From Centroscyllium fabricii (Eukaryota): a DNA stretch of 64,000 nucleotides. The notes beneath the pieces are model-generated. The model saw nothing but the letters and a program-made list of their open reading frames with translations. It was not told where the DNA came from and made no database searches. The DNA is taken from the NCBI GenBank assembly GCA_051313645.2, contig JBNRSN020000009.1, positions 149,916,001 to 149,980,000 on the forward strand, in the 5' to 3' direction. Shown piece after piece: positions 36,181 through 49,652 of this stretch; position 1 is the first letter of the stretch; each line of letters starts with the position of its first letter. The translations under genes were made by a program, and so were the position numbers.

Positions 36181-38957
36181 CATTTCTTTTTTGAATTTAA
36201 ATTATTAACATCTGTTCTCCGATGTGAGAGAGACTCTGTTGTAGGTTGCATTCATGAGGGTGAAGTTGTGAGCTACATGTACCAGTGGAGATCAAAGAAT
36301 TGTGTGAGGGACCATGAGCTTAAATTCTATGCCCTGCCATTACAAAGTATTTTCCCCAGGTGGAAAAAGAGATTAAAATTCTTAATGTGATTTGAACACT
36401 GCCAGGTTATACCAATATTTCCAGGCTATCCTGCTTCAGTTTTAAACTTTTGACCTCCCTTTGTTTTTCCATCAATCCCCCTTCTCCAAAAAAGGAAAGT
36501 GAGAAAGAAAAGAAAAAAATGTTTCATTTCTGTAGCGCCTTTCCCCACCTCAGGACGTCCCAAAATGCTTCACAGCCAATAAAGTATTTTTGAAGTGTTG
36601 TAATGTAGGTTGGGCAGGTGACCTGGCCCCAGTAACCTCGGGCAGTGGGCTGGAATTACTCTTTTTTTCCACACTCACTAGAAAGGTCCTGTACTTCAGC
36701 TGGGCGCATCTACCAAACATAAGAAGCAGGAGCAGGAGTCGGCCATACGGCCCTTCGTGTCTGCTCCGCCATTTAATAGGATCAGGGCTGATCCGAACTT
36801 AGATTCATATCCACTTCCCTGCCCGTTCCCCGCAACCTCTTATTCCCTTGTCAGCTGGGAAGCTGTCTATTTCTGATTTAAATTTATTTAATGTCCCAGC
36901 TTCCACAGCTCTCTGGGGCAGCAAATTCCACAGACCTACCACCCTCTGAATGAAGAAGTTTCTCCTCATCTCAGTTTTGAAAGGGCAGCCCCTTATTCTA
37001 AGATTATGCCCCCTAGTTCTAGTCTCACCCATCAGTGGAAACATCCTCACCGCAACCACCCGATCAAGCCCCCTCACAATCTTATATGTTTCGATAAGAT
37101 CGCCTCTCACTCTTCTGAACTCCAATGAGTAGAGGCCCAACCTACTCAACCTTTCCTCATAAGTCAATCCCCTCATCTCCGGAATCAACGGAGTGAATCT
37201 TCTCTGAACTGCCTCGAGAGCAAATATACCCTTTCTCAAATATGGAAACCAAAACTGTACGCAGTATTTCAGGTGTGGCCTCACCAATACCCTGTATAAC
37301 TGCAGCAAGACTTCCCTGTTTTTATACTCCATCCTCCTTGCAATAAAAGCCAAGATTCTATTGGCCTTCCTGATCACCTGCTGTACCTGTATACTAACCT
37401 TCTGTGTTTCATGCACCAGGACCCCCAGATCCCTTTGTATTGTAACACTTTGAAGTTTCTCTCCATTCAGATAATAACTTGCTCTTTGATTTTTTTACCA
37501 AAGTGCATAACCTCACACTTTCCAACATTATATTCCATCTGCCAAATCTTTGCCCACTCACCTAGCCTGTCTATGTCCCTTTGCAGGTTTTTGATGTCCT
37601 CCTCACTCACTGCTTTCTCTCCCATCTTAGTATCTGTAGTGAACCCAATTAAAGAGGCTACGAGTTTGTACCGAACAATAAGGCTTTTAATTACTAAATA
37701 ATGGAACTACACTTCAAGCAACAATCATAACAGAACTGGGTGGAGCCCCGGTCAGACCACACCTATATAGAGCCCCACAAGGGGAGGAGTCGGGGGTGTG
37801 GCTGATCTGGCTCCCAACAAGATCACAGTAAAACAGGGCTGTGCCTAACATCAGCACCGCCCACAATCAGTCATGGCAATACATAGGAACAACTGTGGAA
37901 TACAGTGGAACAGAACGGTTACCACATTCACCCCTTCTTAAAAACTTTGAGTCCGGGGGGGGGTGAATGGATCGAACAGTTCATTATAAGACGGTCCGGC
38001 GGTCGTTTCTTCCTGGAGGACTGTCGGCGCACCGGTGTAGAAGGTGATGCCTCCATGATTGAATAGTCCGCCTCTGCCGGCGCTGTGACTTCCGGTGGCG
38101 GAGCGCTCGTTGGATCGCCGTCAGGGGAACTCGGGGGCAATCCTGTGTCTGGTGGGTGAACAACTTGGTGGCTGGCGGAGGGTGCTGTCGTGGTGTTTCC
38201 GGCCGGGGCCAGGTCCCTGATGGACACGGTGTCCTCACGCCCGTCTGGGAACTGCACGAATGCGTAGTGCGGGTTGGCGTGAAGTAGCTGTACCTTGTCC
38301 ACCAGGGTGTCCGTTTTGTGGCTCCGGACGTGCCTCCTAAGCAAAACCGGCCCCGGAGTCGTCAGCCATGGGGGAAGGGCTGTTCCAGAAGTGGACCTCC
38401 TGTGGAAGGAAAAAATGAGATCATGCGGAGTGGCGTTAGTAGCTGTACACAACAGTGACCGGATAGCGTGCAGCGCATCTGGGAGGACTGCCTGCCAATG
38501 GGATACTGGAAGGCCTCTGGACTTGAGAGCCAGGGTGACCGCCTTCCAAATGATCCCATTCTCCCTTTCTACCTGGCCGTTCCCCCGGGGGTTATAACTG
38601 GTCGTTCTGCTCGTGGCAACCCCTCTCTGGAGCAGATACTGGCGCAGTTCATCGCTCATGAACGATGACCCCCGGTCGCTATGGATGTAGCCGGGGAGAC
38701 CGAAAATGGCGAACAGCGTGGTGAAGTGTTTGATCACCGTTGCGCTCGTCATATCTGGGCAGGGGAAAGCGAAGGGGAAGCGGGAGAACTCATCCACTAC
38801 CGTGAGGAAGTACGAGTTGCGGTCGGTGGAGGGAAGGGGGCCCTTTGAAATCAACGCTGAGACGTTCAAACGGGCGGGTGGCCTTGATGAGGTGCGCCGT
38901 GTCTGGCCGGAAAAAGTGGGGTTTGCACTCAGCACAGACAGGGCACTCTCGGGTTAT

Positions 38958-41900
38958 TGTGGTGCTGCAGGTATTCAGAAACCACACAGAGTCAGAGCTA
39001 AGGAAAAACACACCTTTACTCAACAGTTATAAACATGGAAGAGACAGAACCACGAGGTACAAACATATTTAAACAGTCCCGCCGTTGGTGACGTCATCAC
39101 GTCCGCCGACGTGGTGACGTAATCGCATCCCGCGGATGAGCGGGCTGCGCTCCGCAGAGCCCCGTTGGCGGATTCGATCTCCCAGCGGGTGTGCCGCTAC
39201 ACAGCTCCCCCCAGAATCCGTCCGGGAGAAATAGATTAAAGTGTCTATGTGTGCCGTTGGGGCGGTCGGATGATGCGGCCGGACCGTGTTGCTAGCTGTT
39301 GCTGGTTCTGCGTTGGAGTGTGGGCGGGTTTTGGTGCGGGAGGGCGACCGCATTGTGGTGGTTGTGCGGGGACCGTGGTCTCGCCCGCTGTCACATGTGC
39401 CGGCTTGAGCCGGTCTATTGTTACTGTTTCAGTCCTTTTGCCCATTTGCAATTCAAAAGTCTTGTTTCCCGCCCGAAGCACTCTATAAGGGCCATCGTAA
39501 GGTGGCTGTAAAGGGGCTCGGTGCCCGTCTCGTCGGATGAACACCCATTTGGCGTTTTTGATGTCTTCTGGCACCCGAGCTGCCGGCTCTCCATGCCGGG
39601 CCACTGGTAATGGTTGAAAAGCTCGTGCCGGGTTTGCCCAGTCCTTTAAATACTGGTCTGCTGACCAGGGGGTGTTGGCCTCAGCCAAAAATTCGCCCGG
39701 TACCGTTAAAGCCTGGCCGTAGACGAGCTCTGCTGCTGAGGCATTGAGGTCCTCTTTAACTGCCGACCGCAGCCCGAGGAGAACCCATGGAAGGCGATCG
39801 GTCCATGAAGCGTCTTTCATTGTGGCCCGAAGCGATGCCTTCATTGAGCGGTGGAACCGTTCGCATAGGCCGTTCGCCTGTGGATGGTATGCGGTGGTCC
39901 TGTGTAGTGTCACCCCAAGGTCGCGGGCGATGGCCGCCCATAATGTCGACGTGAACTGGGGTCCTCTGTCGGAGGTGATGTCCGTGGGCACGCCAAATCG
40001 GGCGACCCATGTGGCGATGAACGCCCTGGCCAGGTCCGTGGTGTTGGTGGCAGTAAGGGGCACTGCTTCAGGCTAGCGAGTGTTGCGGTCGACCATGGTC
40101 AGTAGGTGCGTGTGTCCGCGGGATGGTGGTAGTGGCCCGACGAGGTCGATATGGACGTGGTCAAAGCGTCTGGCCGGTACCTTAAAATTTTCCAGCGGTG
40201 CCCTAATGTGCTTGTGCACTTTGGAGCGCTGGCAGGCTATGCAGGAAGTGGCCCAGGCGCGGACGTCTTTGCGCAGGCCGCGCCATACAAACCGGGCCGA
40301 TATAAGTTTAGTGGACGCGCGGACGCCGGGGTGGGACAGGTCGTGGAGGGTCGTAAAGATTCGTTCCCTCCAAGCGGGGGGTACGACGGGCCTGGGTTGC
40401 GATAACGAAACGTCGCAGCAAACGACGGTGGCAGCGGGGCCGTGCGGGACATTGGCCAAGCGTAGGCCGGGAAGTTTGGTGGCGGCGTTGAGTAGGTCGG
40501 GGTCGGTCAGCTGGTCCACGGCCAGCTGAGCGTAATCAACTGCCATTTGGGCGGCGTTGATAGTGGGGCGTGAAAGGCAGTCAGCGACCACATTGTCGCG
40601 GCCGGAAATATGTTGAATGTCGGTTGTAAATTCCGACACGGCCGTGATTTGGCGCTGCTGCCTGGCCGACCAGGGTTCAGCGGCCTTAGCCATCGCAAAC
40701 GTGAGTGGCTTGTGGTCGGTGAAGACTGTAAAGTGTCGGCCCTCCAGGAGGAAACGGAAGTGTCGCACCGCCAGATGGAGAGCTAGTAGCTCCCTATCGA
40801 AGGCGCTGTATTTTACCTCTGGGGGCCGGAGTTGCCGGCTGAAAAAGGCCAGGGGTTGCCATGCGTTGCTGGTCCACTGCTCAAAAACGGCCCCGACGGC
40901 GTAGTCGGAGGCGTCGGTGGTGAGGGCTACTCTGGCGTTGGGCCTAGGGTGGGCTAGGAGGGTGGCGTTTGCCAGGGCGGTTTTGGTTGCAGTGAATGCG
41001 GTGGCGGCTTCGGCCGTCCACTCGACTGCAGCCTTGTTGGACTGCCCGCGGGTGGCCTGGTATAAGGGGGCCATGAGAGCGGCTGCTCCCGGGATGAAGC
41101 GGTTATAAAAGTTGACCATGCCTAAAAATTCCTGCAGCCCCTTAATAGAGTGCGGGCGGGGAAATTCCTGTACCGCCTGTGCCTTAGAGGGTAGGGGTAT
41201 GGCCCCTGCTTGGGAAATACGGTGGCCGAGGAAGTCGATAGTCTCTAGGCCGAATTTACACTTGGTGGGGCTAAGGATAAGGCCGTGTTCGGTGAGGCGC
41301 TGGAACAGGGTCCTGAGGTGCAGGAGGTGTTCCTGAGGGGAGGAGCTGGCCACGAGGATGTCATCTAAATAAACGAAAATGAACTTCAAGTCCCGTAGGA
41401 CTGAGTCCATGAGGCGCTGGAAGGCCTGGGCCGCATTTTTAAGGCCGAAGGGCATCCTCATGAATTCGAAGAGGCCGAAGGGGGTAATCACGGCCGTTTT
41501 GGGAATGTCCGCCGAGTGTACGGGCACCTGGTGGTAGCCACGCACCAGGTCGATCTTAGAAAAGATCGTACGCCCTGCCAATCTGGCGGAAAAATCCTGG
41601 ATGTGGGGTACGGGGTACCTATCCGGGGTGGTGGCGTTGTTGAGGCGGCGATAGTCGCCGCAGGGGCACCAACCTCCGTCGGGCTTGGGGGCTATGTGGA
41701 GCGGGGAGGACCAGGGGCTGCTGGAGCGGCGAATTATACCGAGTTGTTCCATAGTGCGGAACTCGGTGATTGCGATCTCCAGCTTGGCTGGGTCGAGCCT
41801 ACGGGCATGTGCGTGCACGGGAGGACCTGTGGTAGTTATATAGTGTTCCACCCCGTGTTTGGCCTTGCGGGCGGTGAACGTGGGGTTGGTAAGGGCGGGA

Positions 41901-43409
41901 AATTCCGCCAGGAGCGTGCCGTAGGCATCGCGGTCCTTGGAGCGGCATTGGGCTGCCGCGTGGGCCAGGAGTGCGGGCCCTGTGGAACATGGGATGGTCG
42001 TCATGGTGTTTAAGTTCACCAAGCGGCGCCGAGTTACATCGACCATTAGGCCGTTAGCGCAGAGGAAGTCTGCCCCGAGGAGGGGAGAGGTGACCTGGGC
42101 CGTTACGAACTCCCAGGTGTACGTGTGGCTTGCAAGGGTAATGGTAAGCTCGCGGGTGCCATACGTTTTAATGTTGGACCCGTTGGCTGCCGCTAGTGGC
42201 GGGCCCCGGGTGCCCCGTTTGGTTTCTGCGGGGGAGGCTGGCACGATGCTGTGCTGCGCGCCTGTGTCGCAGAGGAACCTGAGGCCGGTGCCGCTGTCTG
42301 TGGCGAAGAGGAGTGCTCCTGTGTGGCCTACAGACATGGTGGAGGCTGAGTTGGGTCTGGGCTTAAAAGTGCATGGCTGTACGCAGCGGTGCGCTTTGTG
42401 CTCAAACCGCGTGTGATAGTAGCACCAGCCGGTGCTAGAGGGACGCGGTTGTCTAGGCGGGCGCGGGGCCCTAGGTTCGGGCGTAAAATTGTGCCTGGGG
42501 GGTGAATAGTTGCGCTCTACCGATGCCGAGTTAGGGGCGCACGTGGTGGAGCTGGTGCGCTGCGCTGCCATCAGCCTGTCGGCTTCCTCGCCGAGTTCAT
42601 CGTCGCTACGATGGGCTAGGGCCGCCAAGGCCGGTCTGATGGCGCGGGGCAATTTGAGGAGGAAGACTGTGCGGAATAGGGTGGCAGGATTGGGAGTGAG
42701 CGCCTGCATCTGACCTAGGAGGTCCGATGGGTCGGTGTCCCCGAGTTCGGGGAGGTCGAGGAGCTGGCAGTCGCGCTCAAACTGGGAAGGGGTAAACTTT
42801 TTAATTAGCGCGGCCTTAAGCGTTTCGTACCTGCCTGCAGAGGGCACGCGCTGGATCGTTGACCACATCCTATCGACGGTCGTTTGGGGCAGGGCTGTGA
42901 ACACCAAGTCGTAGCGGTCGTCCTCGTTGATGCCATTTGAACGGCAGCTGGCTTCTATGCAGCTGAGCCAGGCCGCTGGCCGTTGCTCCCAGAACTCGGG
43001 CAAAACAAGTCCGCGCCCGGTGCTCCGTCCAGCTCCCTGTGATCGTGGAGCTTGGTTCCTTGTGTTGGACATGTTTTTTTTTTTAAAGTCCTTGGCTGGG
43101 GTTCCTAAATCCTGTAGCAGCTTTTTTCTTCACTGGAATTCGTTCCAGTCGTCGAGGGTCACCACTGTGGTGCTGCAGGTATTCAGAAACCACACAGAGT
43201 CAGAGCTAAGGAAAAACACACCTTTACTCAACAGTTGTAAACATGGAAGAGACAGAACCACGAGGTACAAACATATTTAAACAGTCCCGCCGTTGGTGAC
43301 GTCATCACGTCCGCCGACGTGGTGACGTAATCGCATCCCGCGGATGAGCGGGCTGCGCTCCGCGGAGCCCCGTTGGCGGATTCGATCTCCCAGCGGGTGT
43401 GCCGCTACA
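38958..43409 (-). mobile_element. CsRn1-clade Gypsy element nested in element B: 244-bp LTRs (38958-39201, 43166-43409), 4-bp TSD TTAT, tRNA-Trp-like PBS
   Basis: Gag-pol ORF 40073-43072 continues after one in-frame TAG into 39245-40063. CHCC gag motif CYYHTRFEHKAHRCVQPC, protease DTGA, RT YLDD, integrase with GPY/F. PBS TGGTGACCCTCGACG at ~43150-43164. LTRs differ at 2 positions. Confidence 0.93.
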
Positions 43410-45295
43410 TTATATCCTTTATCTCCGTGATGGAGTAGGGGAGACTACGGGATTTAACAAAGTGGGCGAGTCTGGTGACACCCGGGTGGCAAAGGCGATC
43501 GTGGAGGTCCTTCAGCCGGTCTAGCTGGGCACTGGCGCACGTTCCCCTGGACAGTGCGTCCGGGGGTTCGTTGAATTTACCTGGTCGGTAAAGAATGTCG
43601 TACTCGTAAGTCGAGAGTTCGATCCGCCACCGCAGGATCTTATCATTCTTGATCTTACCCCGTAGTTTATTATTAAACATAAACGCCACCGACCGTTGGT
43701 CGGTGAGCAGGGTAAAACGCTTACCGGCCAGGTAATGACGCCAGTAGCGCACGGCCTCCACGATGGCCTGGGCCTCCTTTTCCACTGCTGAGTGGCGAGT
43801 TTCGGGTCCCTGTAAGGTGCGGGAGAAAAACGCTACGGGCCTGCCTGCCTGATTCAGGGTGGCAGCAAGGGCAAAGTCCGAAGCGTCACTCTCCACCTGG
43901 AAAGGGATGGATTCGTCAACAGCGAGCATGGTCGCCTTGGCGATGTCTTCCTTAATCCTTGCAAAAGCTGTCTGTGCTTCTGCAGAAAGGGGGAAGGCGA
44001 CAGCCTTGAGGAGTGGTCTAGCCTTATCTGCGAACTGTGGGACCCATTGTGCATAATAGGAGAAAAATCCTAGACATCTCCTCAAGGCTTTGGGGTTGTG
44101 AGGTAGGGGCAGTTCTTGCAGGGGTCGCATACGCTGTGGGTCGGGGCCGAGGACCCCGTTCTCCACCACGTATCCGAGAATGGCGAGCCGGGCTGTATTA
44201 AAGACACATTTGTCTTTGTTATACGTGAGGTCTAGCTTAGCCGCCGTATCGAGGAATTTGGCCAGATTGGCATCGTGGTCCTGCTGGTCGTGGCCGCAGA
44301 TGGTCACGTTGTCCAGGTAAGGGAAGGTGGCCTGCAATTCATGGTGATCAACCATACGGTCCATCTCCCGCTGGAACACTGACACTCCGTTGGTCATGCC
44401 AAAGGGGACCCGGAGGAAGTGATAGAGCCGACCGTTCGCCTCGAAGGCGGTGTAGGGGCGGTCGGCTTTCCGGATTGGGAGCTGATGATACGCCGATTTA
44501 AGGTCGATCGTGGAGAACACCTTGTACTGGGCGATCTGGTTGACCATTTCTGAGATGCGGGGAAGGGGGTAGGCGTCGAGCCCGGTGTAGCGGTTGATAG
44601 TCTGGCTATAGTCGATCACTAGCCGTTGTTTCTCGCCAGACTTCACCACTACAACTTGGGCGCGCCAGGGGCTGGTGCTGGCTTCAATTATCCCCTCCTT
44701 CAGCATCCGCCCGACCTCCGACCTGATAAATGTGCGATCCCCCTCACTGTACCGCCGACTCTTAGTAGCAATGGGCTTGCACTTCGGATCGAGGTTGGCG
44801 AACAGCGAGGGGGGGTCGATTTTCAGTGTGGAGAGGCCGCAGGCCGGGCTCCGCTTTGGGGGGTAATTGTCCCGGCTACTGACGGTGAGGGGGGTCAAGG
44901 TCCCGCCGAACTCCACTGTCACACTCTGGAAGTGGCACTGGAAATCCAAGCCTAGTAAGGCTGGGGCACACAACTGTCGGAGGGTATACAATTTAAAATT
45001 ATGGTACACGCGTCCCTTGACGGTGAGCGTGACGGAGCAGTAGCCGGTAACGTCCGCGGTGTGGGACTATGAAGCTAGGGAGATTTGGTAGTTAGTGGGC
45101 AGGATCTGCAGTCCGCAGCGCCGCACGGTATCCGGGTGAATGAAACTCTCCGTGCTGCCCGTGTCAAAAAGACAGTCAACATTAAAATTATTAATTTTCA
45201 CCGGAACAATCGAATTGGACAGGGTATGAGGCCTGTCCTGGTTAACTGTAATTCTGGCTGTGCACAAGATGATTTTTTTGAAAACAAAATGGCGC

Positions 45296-45640
45296 TGAGG
45301 GGCACTGGACCGGAAATAGCGTCGCCCCTGCCCCGCACTGGACCGGAAGTAGCGTCACCCCTGCCCCGCACTGGACCGGAAATAGCGTCGCCCCTGTCCC
45401 GCGCTGTGAGGGGCACTGGACCGGAAGTAGCGTCACCCCTGCCCCGCACGGGACCGGAAGTAGCGTCACCCCTGCCCCGCACTGGACCGGAAATAGCGTC
45501 GCCCCTGTCCCGCGCTGTGAGGGGCACTGGACCGGAAGTAGCGTCACCCCTGCCCCGCACTGGACCGGAAATAGCGTCGCCCCTGTCCCGCGCTGTGAGG
45601 GGCACTGGACCTGAAATAGCGGCGTCCCTGCTGCGCGCTG
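45296..45640. repeat. 33/48-bp in-frame tandem repeat in the gag-protease spacer of element B
   Basis: Repeated GCACTGGACCGGAAATAGCGTCGCCCCTG unit. Confidence 0.85.
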
Positions 45641-47903
45641 CGAGGGGAAAACCCCGTACATCTGGCGCCATTTCTGACTGTGAGGGGAAACCCCGTAGAT
45701 CAAATGGCTTTGTCTCTGCACCGCATGTAGTCGGGCCTCTGGTGCTAAAAGACGTCTCTGGCCCGCCCGTGGAGGGGCTCTGGCCCTGTAAACGCGCTGG
45801 CGGCGCCCGTGGTTCGCACGCAGCGGACCGCGATGATCGGGTTGGCGGTGCCCGTGGTTCGCACGCAGCCGGCAGCGTTGAGGGGTCACGCTTGGCCGGC
45901 CTTCTCTGCATCAGGTAAGAAGGGGTGGGGGGTGGGGGCGCTCGTTGTCTACCCCCGTACCGTCGCTGGATCGCGCTGCCAATGCATCTTACCTGGTCGG
46001 TGCTCTCACAGGCTGCACTTTTATACCTTCGGTTAGGCGCTGGTGGAGATGTTGTTGAACCTTACTTACAGGCTTTAGCGAAGTGTCCCTTCTTTAAGCA
46101 TTTGATACAGGTCGCTGTCCTGGCTGGGCACTTCGCTCTCGGGTGCAGTCCTTGGCCGCAGAAGTAGCAGAGCTTGGCTCTAGTGTCTTTAGTGGCCGTC
46201 GCGGCCATCGTGGGGCTCTCGGCCCGTGGCGCCCAGGCTTGGGCCTGTTGTGGCGCGGCCCATACACTGTAGGCTTGCGGGTTTGTGCCGCCGTACGCCT
46301 GTAGTTTATTATGGGCCCCCTCTACCGATCTGGCTAACGTGGTCGCCTCCTCGAGGGTCAAATTGTCTCTTTCCAGCAGCCTCTGACGGGACTCTACGCA
46401 TCGCAGTCCCGTAACATAAGCGTCCCGAACGAGGAGTTCTTCCTCCTGCGCAATAGTTGTACCCTTGCAGCCACAGGCCTGCACCAGAGCCAGGAGCGCT
46501 TGCTCAAACTCCTCGTTTGACTCACCCGGTAGCTGGGATCGGGTCGCTAGCACATGTCGGGCGAAGACGGAATGGACCGGGCGCTCGTAGCACTTCTTGA
46601 GGATCGCTACGGTGTCCCCATAGGTTGAAGCGTTCATGACGAGGGTAAAAACCCTGCTGGAGATCCTTGATCTCAGGACCTGTAGCTTGTCCTCGTCCGT
46701 AGTAGCCTTGGCAGCTGCTGTATAGGCCTGTAGTAGGCCGAACCAGTGTATGAAGGTAGCCGGTGCAGCCGCATCCTGGGGACTAACGTCCAGCTTTTCA
46801 GGCTTCACCGTGTTGCTATCCATTTTAAATTAGTAATTAAAATTGTAGTGAACCCAATTAAAGAGGCTACGAGTTTGTACCGAACAATAAGGCTTTTAAT
46901 GACTAAATAATGGAACTACACTTCAAGCAACAATCATAACAGAACTGGGTGGAGCCCCGGTCAGACCACACCTATATAGAGCCCCACAAGGGGAGGAGTC
47001 GGGGGTGTGGCTGATCTGGCTCCCAACAAGATCACAGTAAAACAGGGCTGTGCCTAACATCAGCACCGCCCACAATCAGTCATGGCAATACATAGGAACA
47101 ACTGTGGAATACAGTGGAACAGAACGGTTACCACAGTATCGTTGGCAAACTCGGATACGTTGCATTCGGTCCCTTCCTCCAAATCGTTAATATAGATTGT
47201 AAAGAGTTGGGGTCCCAGCACTGACCCCTGCGGAACACCACTAGTCACTGATTGCCAATCCGAGAATGAACCATTTATCCCAACTCTCTGTTTTCTGTTA
47301 GATAGCCAAACAATCTTCCACCCATGCCAGTATATTACCCCCAATCTCGTGATTTTTTAGCTTGAGCAGTAATCCTTTGTGTGGCACCTTGTCAAATGCC
47401 TTTTTGAAGTCCAAATACACCACATCCACTGGTTCCCCTTTATCCACCCTGTTTGTTATGTCCTCAAAGAATTCGAGCAAATTTGTCAAACATGACTTCC
47501 CTTTCGTAAAACCATGCTGACTCTGTCCGATTAAATTATGCTTATCCAAAGCAGTGGTTATACCAGGAATATACCAGCTGATGTCTCGTGGGTGTTAACC
47601 CCGGTGATATGGCTCCAATGTTCAAGGATTCAGAGGAGCAAAAATAAAAAATGAAACTTCAACTCCCCTTTCCTTTGGATCAACCCCATGTGGTGTATCC
47701 TAAACCCTTGTCAGGGTTAGTGATTTGTTATCACTTAGGTCTTCTCAAATCCAACATTTTCCCTGCCTCTATGACCTTTTAACCCACATTTGTGTTATTT
47801 GGGGAGCAAATCAGGCTGCATGCAGTAAGTCTAGAAGTTCACAGGTCAGATTGTGTTAAGTCAGTCACCCTGATCATTCTTACTTGTTTCTTCTTTCTCT
47901 CAG

Positions 47904-48038
47904 CGACGTGCAGCCCTCATGAGTTCAGCTGTATAAATGGGCAGTGTGAAGCAATGCAGTGGGTGTGTGATGGCTGGAACGACTGCTCGGATGGGAGTGA
48001 TGAGATGAACTGCAGTGGTGTCATGCACCTGCCTTATG
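47904..48038 (+). CDS. MFRP: MFRP exon, LDLa domain 2 ([45 protein letters not shown])
   Basis: Pyrimidine-rich acceptor ctctcag, donor G|gtatga, 135 nt, phase 1/1. Canonical WxCDGxxDCxDGSDE motif. Confidence 0.95.
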
Positions 48039-48629
48039 GTATGAACCTGCGAATGGAGTTAAATGGAAACCGCTACCTATAGGAACATAGGAATTACTAG
48101 ATGAAAATAGAGCAAGGCCCATCTAGTTCGCCTTCTACCAGCCTGGGACTCGCATGATACAACAATAATGGAGTCGTTGACTAATCAATCAATCAATCTC
48201 CATCAATGAGTCTACAACAGATCCAGACAGAAGGCGAGGAAAATCCCAGTGGTGGAGATCTTTGGGAGTCACAGGTCCAAAGTCACCTATTCCTCCCGAG
48301 CACGCTGCACTCACCACACGTCACGTCTCCAATTACTCATACAATAAATCCCAAAATATTATTTTCTGAAAAAAATCTATCTAATTTGCATTTGAATGGA
48401 TCAATATTAACTGCTTCACTGTCTCACCAGGGAGCCTGTTCCATAGATCGACCACTCACTCACAGAAATATGTTTCCGCAGATTAGTTTTAAATTTACTC
48501 CCCTTCCAGCGCAGGTTCTGTACTTATTACTGTAACTCATTAGATAAATGTATGGAGAAAGCAAGTAGTTTATGTTCTAAATTCATGCTAAATGGAGGTG
48601 GGCTGAGAATACTGACAAACCTGAAAAAG

Positions 48630-49238
48630 AGTCTACTCATTGGAGTTCAGAAGAATGAGAGGCGATCTTATTGAAACATACAAGATTGTGAGAGGGCTTG
48701 ATCGGGTCGATGCGGTGAGGATGTTCCCAATGGTGGGTGAAACTAGGACTAGGGGGCATAATCTTAAAATAAGGGACTGCCATTTCAAAACTGAGATGAG
48801 GAGAAACTTCTTCACTCAGAGGGTGGTGGGGCTGTGGAATTTGCTGCCCCAGAGAGCTGTGGAAGCTACTACGTTGAATAAATTTAAAACTGAGATAGAC
48901 AGTTTCCTGGAATTAAAGGGAATTAGGGGTTATGGTGAGCGGGCAGGTAAGTGGACGTGAGGCTAGGTTCAGATCGGCCATGTGATCTCCTGGACCAGTT
49001 TTCGATCGCCTAGATGGGTCGGAGAGGAATTTTCCTGATTTTTTTTCTCCCAAATTGGCTACTGGTTTTTTTAATCTGGTTTTTCGCCTCTCCCAGGTGA
49101 TCACATGGGTCTGGGCGGGGTGGAGAGTAAAAATAAAATTGAGGTTAGGATCAGATCAGCCATGATCTTGTTGAATGGCGGAGCAGGCTCGAGGGGCCGA
49201 TTGGTCTACTCCTGCTCCTATTTCTTATGTTCTTATGT
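48630..49238 (+). mobile_element. CR1 LINE 3' fragment
   Basis: EFRRMRGDLIETYKI..TRGH..NFFTQRVV; TTCTTATG tail. Confidence 0.88.
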
Positions 49239-49524
49239 CCCATCAGGTCAGGCTGACCTCAAACACAGGACCCAAAGACAAAAGGTCATGGTTCTAACTG
49301 ACTGCATGTTCATTTTCCACAGCGCTACACCAGTAAACCGAGCACAGACCACAGACCACAACCTGGTATCTTTCTGGTCAATGCTCAGTACCACGCTCAG
49401 CAGTACATGTACCCACCGAGCCATGGCAGGGACGGTGGACACGGGGATTTGTGGAGCTGCCGCATGATCTGGGAAACTCAGATTTATTCAGAATATGTCA
49501 TGAATATTTTGCTCTTCTGCCCAG

Positions 49525-49652
49525 AAACCGATTGTGAGAAGATTGAGGTGGAGATGTGTCAAGGCCTCAGTTATAATGAGACTTCGTTCCCCAATATCTG
49601 GCTCGGAATTCCAGATCAGCGAAGTGCTATTTCTACCCTGAAGGACTACAAG
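49525..49652 (+). CDS. MFRP: MFRP exon, Frizzled CRD N-half (ETDCEKIEVEMCQGLSYNETSFPNIWLGIPDQRSAISTLKDYK)
   Basis: Acceptor cccag, donor AAG|gtgaga, 128 nt, phase 1/0. VEMCxGLSYNxTxFPNIW is characteristic of MFRP. Confidence 0.96.

Larger units (their letters stand above)
37635..47135 (-). mobile_element. Full-length Gypsy (Mag-like) element B with 292-bp LTRs (37635-37926, 46844-47135), 5-bp TSD GTATC
   Basis: LTRs differ at 1 position by eye. gag 46062-46823 has two Zn knuckles; protease LFDTGS; RT YLDN; RNaseH; integrase 37928-38957. Carries premature stops. Inserted into a CR1 LINE and itself interrupted by a second LTR element. Confidence 0.96.
36716..47550 (-). mobile_element. CR1 LINE (36716-37634 and 47136-47550) split by Gypsy element B
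   Basis: RT sequence SQHGF..SCLTNL..YLDFKKAFDKVPH..GVPQGS..FANDT resumes across the GTATC TSD; C-terminal ORF 36805-37416. Confidence 0.9.
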
